Source: Octopus vulgaris
Lineage: Eukaryota
Direction of reading: 5' to 3'
Length of the DNA stretch: 64,000 nucleotides
Assembly: GCA_951406725.2 (NCBI GenBank)
Contig: OX597839.1
Location: 1,302,001 to 1,366,000 of the forward strand
Of the stretch, positions 1 through 42,754 are shown in pieces. Below the pieces are notes generated by a model. It saw nothing but the letters and a program-made list of their open reading frames with translations, ran no database searches and was not told the origin of the DNA. Numbering within the stretch: position 1 is the first letter of the stretch; each line of letters begins with the position of its first letter. Made by a program: the position numbers and the translations under genes.

Positions 1-161
1 TCTTTACCCACCTATTTTCAGTTTCATTCGTTTTTAATTTCTTGTATAGTGCTTTATCTTTGCAATCTTCCATCCTACACAAGCCTAACCTTCTTATAAT
101 AGCAGTTCTATGGCATTTTTTACATATGTAAAAAAAAAAAAAATTATTATTATTATTATTC

Positions 162-232
162 AGGCCATTGCTTGGAATCGAACTCGGAATCTTGGGGTTA
201 GTAGCCTGCACTCTTAACCACTATGCCATATA
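162..232 (-). mobile_element. tRNA-like SINE head
   Basis: Minus strand tggcatagtggttaagagtg..gagttcgattccaag; no clean acceptor stem, so not called a tRNA. Confidence 0.55.
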
Positions 233-580
233 CCCATGGGTACAAGCGTAAATAATGTAAATGTAAATAATATACATAATTCCTCATCTCTTAAATATAG
301 AACTGTATTGTTCTGATCTGTTGCAGTCTCCCTATTGCAGGTGCTCTTTCATGAATTGAAAATCCTAAAATGGATGCAACTACTTCAGATGGTCCAGTAC
401 ACCTACCCATTAGATATTGACTAACTTCATTATCATTGTTTATTTGAATGGTAGCTTAGTCATTTCCTTTCAGTGTGTACTTTGTGATGTGCTTAACTGA
501 CCTCATTGAGGCAACGATTTCAATGTTGCAGTGGCATTTGACTACTTTTAAAAGTGTTTCATTATCACGTACAATCTATT

Positions 581-985
581 AGGCGGCGAGCTGGCAGAAG
601 CATTAGCATGCCAGGCAAAATGCGTAGCTCTATTTCGTCTGCCGTTACGTTCTGAGTTCAAATTCCGCCGAGGTCGACTTTGCCTTTCATCCTTTCGGGG
701 TCGATAAATTAAGTACCAGTTACGCACTGGGGTCGATGTAATCGGCTTAATCCGTTTGTCTGTCCTTGTTTAACCCCTTGTGGGTAGTAAAGAAATAGGT
801 ATTTCGTCTGCCGTTACGTTCTGAGTTCAAATTCTGCCAAGGTCGACTTTGCCTTTCATCCTTTCGGGCTTGATAAATTAAGTACCAGTTACGCACTGGG
901 GTCGATGTAATCGGCTTCATCCGTTTGTCTGTCCTTGTTTGTCCCCTCTGTGTTTAACCACTTGTGGGTAGTAAAGAAATACATA
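581..985 (+). mobile_element. tRNA-derived SINE family 1 with an internally duplicated body; other copies at 9069-9287(-), 22200-22752(-), 39110-39420, 51665-51775, 55128-55548, 63927-64000
   Basis: ggcggcgagctggcagaa head, B-box-like gagttcaaattcc, shared core gtcgactttgcctttcatcctttcggggtcgataaattaagtaccag. Confidence 0.88.
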
Positions 986-1128
986 ACGCACAATCTATTT
1001 GTTGTTGTTTGTTTTCCCCATTCTTATGAGATTCAACTCCTCCAATTGCAACTGAACTTCGTCTATAAAGAGATAGTCCCTCTCTGTCTGTTCTTCTACC
1101 GTTTAATTAAGATGATAATGATATTCCA

Positions 1129-1921
1129 TCTTTATATATAAAAGTGAAGTTGTGTGTCTGTCTCCTACGATTTAGATTCCTAACTTCTCCCACATTTTGC
1201 GGTGCAGTTTAACCAAAAGCGGGTATCTTATAGTCGTGATTCATATCGAGCCCTTCTGGGTATTAGCGCGCGTCTACGATGAGTCTACGATTTAAAAAAA
1301 AATTTACCATCATTTTTTTCCATTTTAATGCGTTTTTTCGCTATTATATAAGGGAAGTAACTCTCTAAAAATGTCTATGATGAGTCAACGATTTAAAAAA
1401 AAAAATTACCATAATTTTTTTTCCGTTTTTAATGCATTTTTTGCTTTTTTTGGCTATAACTCTCTAAAAATGCTTATATAGTTATTTCCCTTACAAACCC
1501 GAGCAATGCCGGGCGATACTGCTAGTCTTTATATATAAAAGTGAACTTGTGCGTCTGTCTCCTACGATTTAGATTCCTAACTACTCCCACATTTTGCGGT
1601 GCAGTGTAACCAAAAGCGGGTATCTTATAGTCGTGATTTATATCGAGCCCTTCTGGGTATTAGCGCGCGTCTACGATGAATTTACGATTTCAAACAAAAT
1701 TTACCATAATTTTTTCCCATTTTTAATGCAATTTTTTTGCTATTATATAAGGGAAGTAACTCTCTAAAAATGTATTATTAAATCTCAGAACGTAAAAAGC
1801 TACAGTAACACGCCCCTTTGTGGTTAGCCATATTGAGATGGCTATTATACTTTACATCTCTAAAAATGCTTATATAGTTATTTCCCTTACAAATCCGAGC
1901 AACGCCGGGCGATACTGCTAG
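1129..1921 (+). mobile_element. Two head-to-tail non-autonomous Helitrons (1129-1525, 1526-1921)
   Basis: Each unit starts TCTTTATATATAAAAG and ends with the hairpin cc(c)gagcaa(t/c)gccggg then CTAG; the pair lies between A and T with no TSD. Confidence 0.85.
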
Positions 1922-2834
1922 TTTTAAATAAAATAGTAATTTTCCCCTTTAAGAAAAAAAAAATCAAGTACCCATAATTCAAAAATATCTCATTAAAATA
2001 CAGGGAGAATTTCTATCTTTCAAGTTTATGGGACTCTGAAAGTTGTATAAATGATTAAGGGAAGGAAAAAAAAAGTAAGAAAAAGGATGGCTGGTGGTAG
2101 CTGACACAAACCTTTGAAGTGTTGACATTTTCAACTTGATTTTTTTTCTTAATGGGGGCAAATGACTATTTTATTTGTAATCTTCATCATCTTAATCAAA
2201 TAATAAGAAAACAAACTTTGAATTTTAGTATAAAATAGATGGATTATAGTTTATTATTTATCTTCTTCATCATCATTCAATGTCCATCTTTTAATGCTTG
2301 CATGGTCAAGATGGAATTTGTCAGGGCAGATTTTCTATAGTTGGATGCCCTTCCTGTCACTAACTTTTATCTGTTCCTAAGTAAGGTAATATTTCCCTTT
2401 AGCCAGGCATTGAAAAGGAATGACACTGCTTGTATGACAATGATACTCGTTTACAACTATTAGATGATGTTACAATAAAGAGACTCAAATACACACTCGT
2501 ACACACACATATACACTACCACACTCACACATCATCATCATCATTCCTCATCCTCATCATCATCATTGTTTAATGTCCATTTTTCCATGCTGGCATGAGA
2601 TGGACAGTTTGACAGAAAATTGGTAAGCCAAAGGGCTGCACCAGGTTCCGATCCGATTTGGCAAGGTTTCTACAGCTTGATGCCCTTCCAAATGCCAACC
2701 ACGGGTACCATGGACCTGATACCAGGATTGGCCATGACTACGGTCTCACTTGGTTTGACAGGTCAACACAAGCACAGTATATCGCGAAGGGTCTTGGTCA
2801 CCTGTGACAACTCAGATTCATCAGATCGATTATG

Positions 2835-3170
2835 AGGTTAAACAACAACAACAACAAAGATATAAGGATACATTAAATTATGTATTCCTAGACACACTGT
2901 GCCTGATAAACAGTCGTGATAGTCACAAGTGGAAATGTTTTATTGATAACTCAGCTTGATCAGGTCGAATCTGGGTCTAAACAACAACAATAAAAGGTAA
3001 GGATACATTAAATAATGTATTCCTGGATACACCATGCCTGATAAACAGTCGTGAGGTCACGGGTGGAAAAGAGCTAATGATAATTCAACTTGATAAGGTT
3101 GATTCTTGGGCTAAAAAACATCAATAAAATGTAAAAGACACATTAGATAATATATTCCTAGATACACTAT
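2835..3170 (+). repeat. Three diverged ~135-bp tandem units
   Basis: Repeated taaacaacaac..ggatacatta..tattccta/tggacac..cctgataaacagtcgtga. Confidence 0.8.
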
Positions 3171-3543
3171 GACGGGTAAAATAAGGAAAAGGTGAAGAAT
3201 GTTGATGATGGATAATTAGGGTTTCTTGGTTGACCCTAGTTAACTGTCCCTTTGCAGGATTACTCTGCCTTTCATTCACTTTTTCTGTACTGCCGCTTTA
3301 AATTTTCCTTTCCTAGACGATAATTCTGCTGAGTTACTTCCCTGGGATTTAATAAGAGTGGCCTCCCTTGTCATAGCTATTATACACTTTTAAGACGCAT
3401 TTTCATACGTTTCACACACTCAGTATATTTCTTAAATTTCTTCGCATCAATCATTTTTTTTTCATTCCATATCTTTTGTCTGTTTCAGTCATTAGACTGC
3501 GGCCATGCTGGAGCACTTCAGTAAAGGGATTCGTAGAATATGC

Positions 3544-3573
<30 letters not shown>

Positions 3574-3574
<1 letters not shown>

Positions 3575-3745
3575 GGCGCAGGAGTGGCTGTGTGGTAAGT
3601 AGCTTGCTAACCAACCACATGGTTCCGGGTTCAGTCCCACTGCGTGGCATCTTGGGCAAGTGTCTTCTGCTATAGTCCCGGGCCGACCAATGCCTTGCGA
3701 GTGGATTTGGTAGACGGAAACTGAAAGAAGCCTGTCGTATATATG

Positions 3746-3778
<33 letters not shown>

Positions 3779-3945
3779 TTGTGTTTGTCCCCCTAGCATT
3801 GCTTGACAACCGATGCTGGTGTGCTTATGTCCCCGTTACTTAGCGGTTCGGCAAAAGAGACCGATAGAATGAGTACTAAAGGCGGTGCTCCAGCATGGCC
3901 GCAGTCAAATGACTGAAACAAGTAAAAGAGTAAAAGAGTAAGAGT
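3574..3945 (+). mobile_element. tRNA-derived SINE family 2; copies at 9732-10160, 24945-25357(-), 42045-42440, 45930-46088(-)
   Basis: ggcgcaggagtggctgtgtggtaag..gggttcagtccc head, internal (TA)/(TG) tract, (gtaaaaga)n tail. Confidence 0.9.
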
Positions 3946-3993
<48 letters not shown>

Positions 3994-4911
3994 GAAGGAG
4001 CTTCTACAGGACTAGAACTGTTTCATTCAAGAGAAATCTTCAGGAAGCTAGTTAACAAGAATTGTATTGGCATTTATACATTTAGGCAGGTTTAAAGGGG
4101 TGTTGGTGGGGGACTTTTGGGGGGTAGGCATAGCGCAAAATATCATACTTGGGGGAGTGGTCAAGGAGTCGGTGTTAAATTAGATAGAAGAATAAATAAA
4201 AAAATAAAAAAATATATATATATAAAAAAAAGGGAATAGAGTTTTAGGTAAATAAGGAGATTATCACTTATACCTATGCACATATGTATACATATATACA
4301 CACACATACAAACATATATACATATACATACACACATACATACACACACACATATATACATATATATACACTTACACATACATATACATATCTACACATA
4401 CACACACATACTCACATACACGCATACACACACATATCCACACACACACATGCACATACAGCACACTAGTCCCTATATACACATATATACACATACACAC
4501 ATACATACACACACATACATATACATACATATATATATACATATGTGTACCTATGCATACCTACATATACACACATATATATACACATACAAATACAGAC
4601 CCATTCCCTAATTTTAATTTTATTATCTTCATTTATTACTTTTGTTATCTTTGACCGCTGGTCACAAACATCTTGGCTAAATGGACTGGCTGTCATAGCC
4701 AAGATGTTTGTGACCAGCGGTCAAAGATAACAAAAGTAATAAATGAAGATAATAAAATTAAAATTAGGGAATGGGTCTGTATTTGTATGTGTATATATAT
4801 GTGTGTATGTGTAGGTATGTATAGGTACACATATGTATATATATATATATATATATGTATGTATATGTATGTGTGTGTATGTATGTATATTTTAATACAA
4901 TTAAAATATAG

Positions 4912-5019
<108 letters not shown>

Positions 5020-5314
5020 CGGGAAGCTTTATGAAAATAAACAAAAGACGAAGGCAGGTGGAGTACAAAGAATTGCATTAGTATGGCGCTCAGGAATATA
5101 TATAAAACATATCTATATTTAAATTGTGTCTCAGTAGGAACGTAGAAGAGTACAAAACAGAGCTCGTTCGTCCTCAAAATTATGTACTGGGAGCGCAATG
5201 TAATCAGGGCAGTAGACTCGTGGTTGTAGGATCGAGGTCGTAGGATCGCGGATCCGATTTCAAAACCGGTTCAACTGGAACCCTCGTCGTCGTAAATGAC
5301 ATACTGACACGTTG

Positions 5315-7145
5315 TATTTACATACATACATAGATACACACATACATAAATACATACATACATACATACATGCATGCATGCATACATACATACATACATA
5401 TATACATATATACATCCATACATGCATATATACATATATACATACATACATGCATACATACATACATACACACACATGTACATACATACATACATAAATA
5501 CATAGATACATTCATGGATACATGCATACATACTTGCATGCATGCATACATACATACATCCACACACACATACGTACATACATGCATGCATACATATATA
5601 CATACATTCATGCATGCATACATACATACTTATATACACACATGTATGCATGTATGCATGCATACATACATACATACATACATACATGCATACATAGATA
5701 CATAAATACATACATGAATGCATACACATACATACATACATGCATGCATGCATACATACATACATATATACATACATGCATACATGCATACATAAATACA
5801 TGCATGTATGCAAACATACATACATTCATGCATGCATATATACATACATACACACATACATACGTACATACATGCATGCATACATACATACATGCATGCA
5901 TACATGCATAGATACATACATGCATGCATACACACATACATAAATACATACATACATACATACATGCTTGCATGCATACATACGTACATACATACATACA
6001 TACATACATGCATGCATACATACATGCAAGCATACGTACATACATATATACCTGCATGCATGCATACATACATACATGCATGCATACATAGATACATACT
6101 TACATACATGCATGCATTCATACACACATACATACATACATACATGCATACACGCATGCATGGATACATACATACATACATGCATGCATGGATACATGCA
6201 TATATGCATGCATGCATACATACATACATACACACATGCACATACATACACACATACATACAAACATACATACATACATGCATGCACACAACACATACAT
6301 GCATACATATATACATACATGCATGCATGCATACATACATGCATACATACATACATGCATGCATACATACATACACACATACATACATACATGCATACAT
6401 GCATGCATGGATACATACATACATGCATGCATGCAAACATACATACATGCATGCATGCATACATACATACATACATACATACAAACACACATACATACGT
6501 ACATACATGCATACATGACATGCATGCATACATACATACATACATGCATGCATGCAAACATACATACATGCATGCATGCATACATACATACATACATACA
6601 TACAAACACACATACATACGTACATACATGCATGTATGCATGCATACATACTAACATTCATGCATGCAAACACACATACATACATACATACATACAAACA
6701 TACATACACATACATACATACATACATACATGCATGCATACATACATACATGCATACATACATGCATGCATACATACATACATGCATTCATACTTACATA
6801 CACACATACATACGTACATACTTGCTTGCAAACATACATACATGCATGCATGCATACACACATACATACATACCTACATACAAACATACATACAATCATA
6901 CACACATGCATGCATACATACATACATGCATACATACATACATACATACATACATACATACGTACATACATGCATGCATGCATGCATACATACATGCAGG
7001 CATACATACATACATACATACAACATACATACATGCATGCATACATACATACATGCATGCATACATACATACATACATACATACATACATACATACAACG
7101 TACATACATATGCATGCATACATACATGCAGGCATACATACACAT
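5315..7145. repeat. 1.8-kb compound (TACA)/(TGCA) tetranucleotide satellite
   Basis: Directly visible; source of the MYVC/HTYI pseudo-ORFs. Confidence 0.97.
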
Positions 7146-7985
7146 CACATAAATGTATGTATATGTGTTTGTTATCCCCCCCATCACTTCATCACAATGC
7201 TGGTTTGTTTGCATCCCAATATGAGAGCCATTCAAGAAAAGACACCAGCGGAATACGTTCTAGAATGAAAAAACAGAAATTATTTCGATTTTTTTTTTAC
7301 TAATCCCTTTAATGTAGTGCTCCAGAATGGTCGTAGTCTAATGACAAAGACAAGTAAAAGATATGGAATAAAAAAAACTGATTAATGCGAAGAACTTTAA
7401 GAAACATACTGAGTGAAACGTGCGAACCCTTGCGTATTGAATGAATCTAGTAACTTTGACAAGGGAGACCACTCTTGTTAAATCCCAGGGAAGTAACTCT
7501 TAGCTGTATTACTGTCTATCAAAAGAAAATTTTAAACGGCCGTACAATAAAAGTGAATGAAAAGCAGGGGAATCCTGCAAAGGGACAGTTAACTAGGGTC
7601 AATCAAGAAACCCTAATTATCCATCATCAACTCTTCTTCACCCTTTTCTTTATTTTACCCGTCATAGTGTATCTAGGAATATATTATTTAATGTGTCTTT
7701 TTTTACTTTACCCGCCATAGTTTTAGTCGAACATATCGACCCCAGGACTTATTTCCTCGACATAGTACTTATTTTATGGGGCACTTTTACATAAGCGTTA
7801 AATTTACGGGTACGTAAACGCATGAACACCGGTTATCAAACGATAGTGGGGTACAAGACACACTCACATAGATATATACATGTATACACACACATATATT
7901 GGGTTGGTAAAAAATTTCGTAGCGGTTTTTCAACTGGTCATGCTTCATCACGGGACCTGTTTTTTTACGTGACAGAAACATATGA

Positions 7986-8055
<70 letters not shown>

Positions 8056-8167
8056 TCATATGTTTCTGTCACGTAAAAAAACAGGTCCCGTGATGAAGCA
8101 TGACCAGTTGAAAAACCGCTACGAAATTTTTACCAACCCAATATATGTGTGTGTATACATGTATATA

Positions 8168-8259
<92 letters not shown>

Positions 8260-8304
8260 GATAGATAGATAGATAGATATTTTTAGATATAGATATATAT
8301 ATAG

Positions 8305-8336
<32 letters not shown>

Positions 8337-8338
<2 letters not shown>

Positions 8339-8645
8339 AGGCGCAATGGCCCAGTGGTTAGAGTAGCGGACTCATGGTCGTAGAATCGCGGTTTCGATTC
8401 CCGGACCGGGCGATGTGAGTGTTTATTGAGCGGAAACACCTAAAGCTCCACGAGGCTCCGGCAGAGGGTGCTGGCGATTCCTGCTGTACTCTTTCACCAC
8501 AACTTTCTCTCACTCTTTCTTCTGTTGGCCTGCTCGCTTAGCCAGCAGGGTGGCGTCATTTGAAGGCTAAAACAATGCGAAGCGCATTGTGACCAGCGAT
8601 GTGTAGCAACATCAGATAGCCTGGTCGGTCACGGTGATCACGGTG

Positions 8646-8648
<3 letters not shown>
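8337..8648 (+). mobile_element. tRNA-derived SINE family 3
   Basis: A box tggcccagtggttaga, B box gtttcgattccc, (tcacggtga)n tail. Confidence 0.8.
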
Positions 8649-8689
<41 letters not shown>

Positions 8690-8693
<4 letters not shown>

Positions 8694-9630
8694 GGTCATC
8701 TCATAAACAATGCATTTTTTTATACTTCTTTTATTTTTCAAAATTAAGATAAACAAAGTTGTTTTTTTTAATCTAAAATATACTGTCCTTCATTTTTGTA
8801 CAGTGGTCTTCCATATATCAGCTAAACTTGCAAAGTCCCGCTTCCAAAATTCAATTGCCCGTGATGTAAAATACTCCTCCAGTACTATTCTGACCTCGTC
8901 TACAGAATTCATATTATTTCCGTCCAAATGATTTTGAAGACTGCGGAATAAATAATAATCAGATGGGTGTCAGTATCCGACGAATATGGAGGCTGGGCAT
9001 CGTTTCCCATTCAAACTTCTCCACCCTTTGGAATGTCATCCTCGCTGTATGTGGCCGAGCATTATTCTATTTCTTTACTACCCACAAAGGGCTAAACGCA
9101 GAGGGGACAAACGAATTAAGTAGCTTATTTAGACCCCAGTGTGTAACTGGTACTTATTTAATCGACCCCGAAAGGTTGAAAGGCAAAGTCGACCTCGGCG
9201 GAATTTGAACTCAGAACGTAGCGGCAGACGAAATACCGCAAAGCATTTCGCCCGGCGTGCTAACGTTTCTGCCAGCTCACCGCCTTAGTGGCCGAGCATT
9301 ATTCTGATGGGAAAAAAAACCAAAGATGGTCGTTTTTCTTCCAGTGCATGTGTCAATGAATGGTTGACTGACCAAATTCAAGCTTCTCTGCTAGTTCCTC
9401 AAGAGAAACGATGGAATTTTCTTCCACTTTTTTTTTTTACAGGACGTCCTCATCAAGCCCTACAGATCTTCTAGGACGAGGCTCGTTTTCTAGGTGTAGT
9501 TTCCGGTTCGAAATTTCTGGAACTGCCGTTTAAAACAGATCCTCATATGCTGCATTAATTTTCCTCGCACTTTTCGATGCGTTTTTGCCTTCATTGAACT
9601 CATAAAGCAAAATATGTGGAAATGCTCCGC
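8690..9630 (-). mobile_element. Internally deleted mariner remnant interrupted by a SINE
   Basis: Minus-strand PSDYYLFRSLQNHLDG..VDEV..EEYF; SINE at 9069-9287 with an 18-bp TSD. Confidence 0.8.
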
Positions 9631-9733
<103 letters not shown>

Positions 9734-10504
9734 CGCAGGAGTGGCTGTGTGGTAAGTAGCTTGCTTACCAACCACATGGTTCCGGGTTCAGTCCCACTGC
9801 GTGGCACCTTGGGCGAGTGTCTTCTGCTATAGCCTCGGGCCGACCAATGCCTTGTGAGTGGATTTGGTAGACGGAAACTGAAAGAAGCCTGTCGTATATA
9901 TGTATATATATATATATATGTGTGTGTCTGTGTGTGTCTGTGTGTGTCTGTGTGTGTCCCCTAGTATTGCTTGACAACCGATGCTGGTGTGTTTACGTCC
10001 CCATCACTTAGCAGTGCGGCAAAAGAGACCGATAAAATAAGTACTAGGCTTACAAAAAGAATAAGTCCCGGGGTCGATTTGCTCGACTAAAGGCGGTGCT
10101 CCAGCATGGCCGCAGTCAAATGACTGAAACAAGTAAAAGAGTAAAAGAGTAAAAGAGTAAGAGGGTTCAGGGGAAGGTTGCTTTGAAACTGAAATCTAGT
10201 CTGTTTGTATGTTTATGCAGTTGACCCATTTCAAACCCGTTGCTGTCCAGAGTCAGGGTTCTATCCAACTAGGTCAAGGTTGATGTTACTGTTTTGACAT
10301 GCTTGTTTGCGTATTGTAGTAGCTGGGTACTTGACCACCTCATATTCCCTTATATCCCTCCAAACTCACACATTATACACTCATATATATATATATATAT
10401 ATATATATACCGGAGTAAACAAAAACTGTCCGACGAACGGGAATGTGAAACTCAGAGTAACACGTTTTGTTGAATTTCTGCTGCTTTGAAATAAAGTATA
10501 TTTA

Positions 10505-10578
<74 letters not shown>

Positions 10579-10761
10579 GTGACGTATATGTGCCATTTGA
10601 ATATGGCTAACCCCTAAGGGTGGATGCTACTGTAGTTTGTAGCCCCAGGAAGATGAAGACGGAAAGGTTGACTACCCTTCACAAATACTGATAGGGCACA
10701 GAAAGTGTATACGTGATGGTGCTGAAATATTGCTGGTTATGGTGGTGGTGGCGGTGGTAGT

Positions 10762-10796
<35 letters not shown>

Positions 10797-10899
10797 TGGC
10801 AGTGGCTGTTGTGGTGATGGCGGAGGTGGTGGTGGTGGTGGTGGCGGTGGATCAGTTATGAATATATTCAACATATTCCCCTCTCTGTCTGCATTGGTT

Positions 10900-11520
10900 G
10901 TTACATTTTACTGCTTTTCCTGCATGTGTATCCCTTTTTTGCATCAGGTACATCGTTGGTATTTCCTCTTCCTCGATTGAAAACGCTTGCCCTTCAAAGT
11001 GGGAGGTAGTAATCCAGCTATTGGTCGATGATAAACTGCTTTAATGACCGATGTTCCTATCACCACGGTGCTTCTTACTGATATATCCATGCATAGTATT
11101 CTGCTCATATAGGCTCATCCTTTCATCTGATATGTTGCGTTAGAGTCGTGTGACTTCTTTGGGCATGTATTATAGGTTATCAGACAAAGTGTGTTGCTCA
11201 AGGAGCTGCCTTCCATGACTTATGATATTATCAGCCTCATGTATGCAAACTTGGTCAAGAGATGCACTTCTACACTTTCTGGCTAAAAGATGTTGCTGAA
11301 GGGATATGGTGCGCCATTCAAAGGCATTTTGGAACGATGTTAAGCCTCTGCCGCTTTGTTTTCGTTTTTGGTAGAGGCGGTATATATCACTATTTATGTT
11401 GAAATTATATGTACTTCTTAGTACCTTTCGAATTTTCACAGCAAGAGTCCAATCAAGCAACCCAAATGTTGGTATAAGTGCTGGAACAGCAAACAAATTG
11501 TGAGCCACTGTTTCATTGAA
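10900..11520 (-). mobile_element. R4/Dong-type LINE fragment (post-RT region)
   Basis: NLFAVPAL..TFGLLDWT..SDIYRLYQKRKQSGRGL. Confidence 0.75.
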
Positions 11521-11619
11521 TGCAGAGAGTATGTACGTACGTACGTACTTACGTGTGTTTGTATGTATGTACGGAGGTACGTATGTAAGTATGCGGTTGT
11601 GTGTGCGTGCATATATATA

Positions 11620-12928
11620 TACCGTCATCACCGTCACCACCACCACAGCCACCACCACCAGCGCCAACAACGCCACCGCCACCACCACGTCCATCACCAC
11701 CACCAAAGCCACCGCCCCCACCTCCACCACCACCATAGCCACCGTCACCACCGCTACCAACACCACAGCCACCACCGCCACCACCAACAGCGCCACCGCC
11801 ACCACCACATCCAACACCACCACCATAGACACTGCCCCCACCTCCACCACCACCATAGCCACCGTCACCACCGCCACTATCACCACAGCCACCACCGCCG
11901 CCACCAACAACGCCACCGCCAACACCACATCCACCACCACCACCATCATTGCCACCGCCCCCAACTCCACCACCACCATAGCCACCGTCAAAAACCGCCA
12001 CCATCACCACAGCCACCACCGCCACCGCCAACAACGCCAAAACCACCATCACCAGAGCCACCGCCCCCACCTCCATCACCAACATAGCCACCGTCACCAC
12101 CACCGCCATCACCACAGCCACCACCGCCCCCGCCAACAACGCCACTGCCACCTCCGCATCCACCACCACCATATCCACCGTCACCACCGCCACCATCACC
12201 ACAGCCACCACCGCCACCGCCAAAAACGCCACCGCTACCACCACATCCACCACCACCACTATAGCCACCGCTCCTACCTCCACTACCACTATAGCCACCG
12301 TCACCACCGCCGCCATCACCACAGCCACCACCGCCACCGCCAACAACGCCACCGCCAACACCACATCCACCACCACCACCATCATTGCCACCGCCCCCAA
12401 CTCCACCACCACCATAGCCACCGTCAAAAACCTCCACCATCACCACAGCCACCACCGCCACCGCCAACAACGCCACAACCACCACCACCAGAGATACCGC
12501 CCCCACCTCCACCACCGCCACCTTCACCACAGCCACCGTCACCACCACCACCATCACCACAGCCACCACCGCCCCCGCCAACAACGCCACCGCCACCTCC
12601 GCATCCACCACCACCATAGCCGCCGTCACCACCGCCACCATCATCACAGCCACAACCGCCACCGCCAAAAACGCCACCGCCACCACCACATCCACCACCA
12701 TAACCACCGCCACCATCACCACAGGCACTACCGCAACGCCAACAACGTCACTGCCACCACCACATCCACCACCACCTCCATAGCCACCGCCCCCACATCC
12801 ACCACCACCATAGCATCATCACCACCGCCACCATCATCGCAGCCACCACCACCACCGCCAACAACGCCACCGCCACCACCACAACCACCACCACCACCAT
12901 AGCCACCGCCTCCACCTCCACCACCTCC
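11620..12928. repeat. (CAC)-based minisatellite with ~120-bp and ~436-bp higher-order periodicity
   Basis: Recurrent caccatagccaccgtca; block cattgccaccgcccccaactcc..gtcaaaaa at about 11947 and 12383. Confidence 0.9.
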
Positions 12929-13412
12929 GTTTTTAATTATCTTTCGCTAGACAGTAACACTGCTAAGAGTTACTTCCCTGGGATTTAACAAGAGTGGTCT
13001 CCCTTGTCAAAATTACTAGATTCTTTCAAGATACACATTTTCTTACGTTTCACTCACTCAGTATGTTTCTTAAAGTTCTTCGCATTAATCAGTTTTTTTT
13101 TCGATATCTTTTACCTGTCTTTGTCATTAGACTACGACCATGCTGGAGCACTACATTAAAGGGTTTAATAAAAAAAAATCGAACTCATATTTGTTTTTTC
13201 ATTCTAGAACGTATTCCGCTGGTGTCTTTTCTTGAATGGCTCTCATATTGGGATGCAAACAAACCAGCATTGTGATGAAGTGATGGTGGGGGGGGGGGGC
13301 AAAGAAAGACTCGTGTACATACGTTTATGTGGATGTGTATATATCTGTATGTATGTATATATCTGAATTAAAATACAAGCCATTAACCACTCCTTTGAAT
13401 CCCATGTACATT

Positions 13413-13418
13413 TTTATT
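13413..13418 (-). terminator. Candidate polyadenylation signal AATAAA of the MIB2-like gene
   Basis: tttatt on the plus strand about 340 nt after the stop codon. Confidence 0.4.
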
Positions 13419-13755
13419 AATCAAAAGAGAAATTTGCGAAGAGAGTACACATTATACTTCAAGACTCCATTTGAGTACATACAGAAATATTAAACAAAAG
13501 CAACAAAAGAATTTTAAAATGATATAGTTACGACATGTACGCGTTTCAGTAATAATATACGTTTCATTAGGAAAAAAAAAACAGATTACAATACTAAATC
13601 TTCAGAAAGTTCTTTTATGATATATATTAGAAATCTATTTATCTAAAAATGAATATTCAGGTAATATTAGTAACTTGCTAATTTTATATAAATGGACAAG
13701 CAAATTAGATTTAAAACTTCACTGTCTTCCCCTCGTGAAAGTTAAGCATGTCAAA

Positions 13756-42754
<28,999 letters not shown>

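Noticed and set aside
162-232. Possible tRNA gene (also the heads at 3574, 8337, 56678)
   Set aside because: A/B boxes are present but there is no complete cloverleaf, and the heads continue into repeat bodies, so they are SINE heads
5260-7303. Long MYVC/HTYI ORFs (up to 385 aa)
   Set aside because: Translations of a tetranucleotide satellite, open in many frames on both strands
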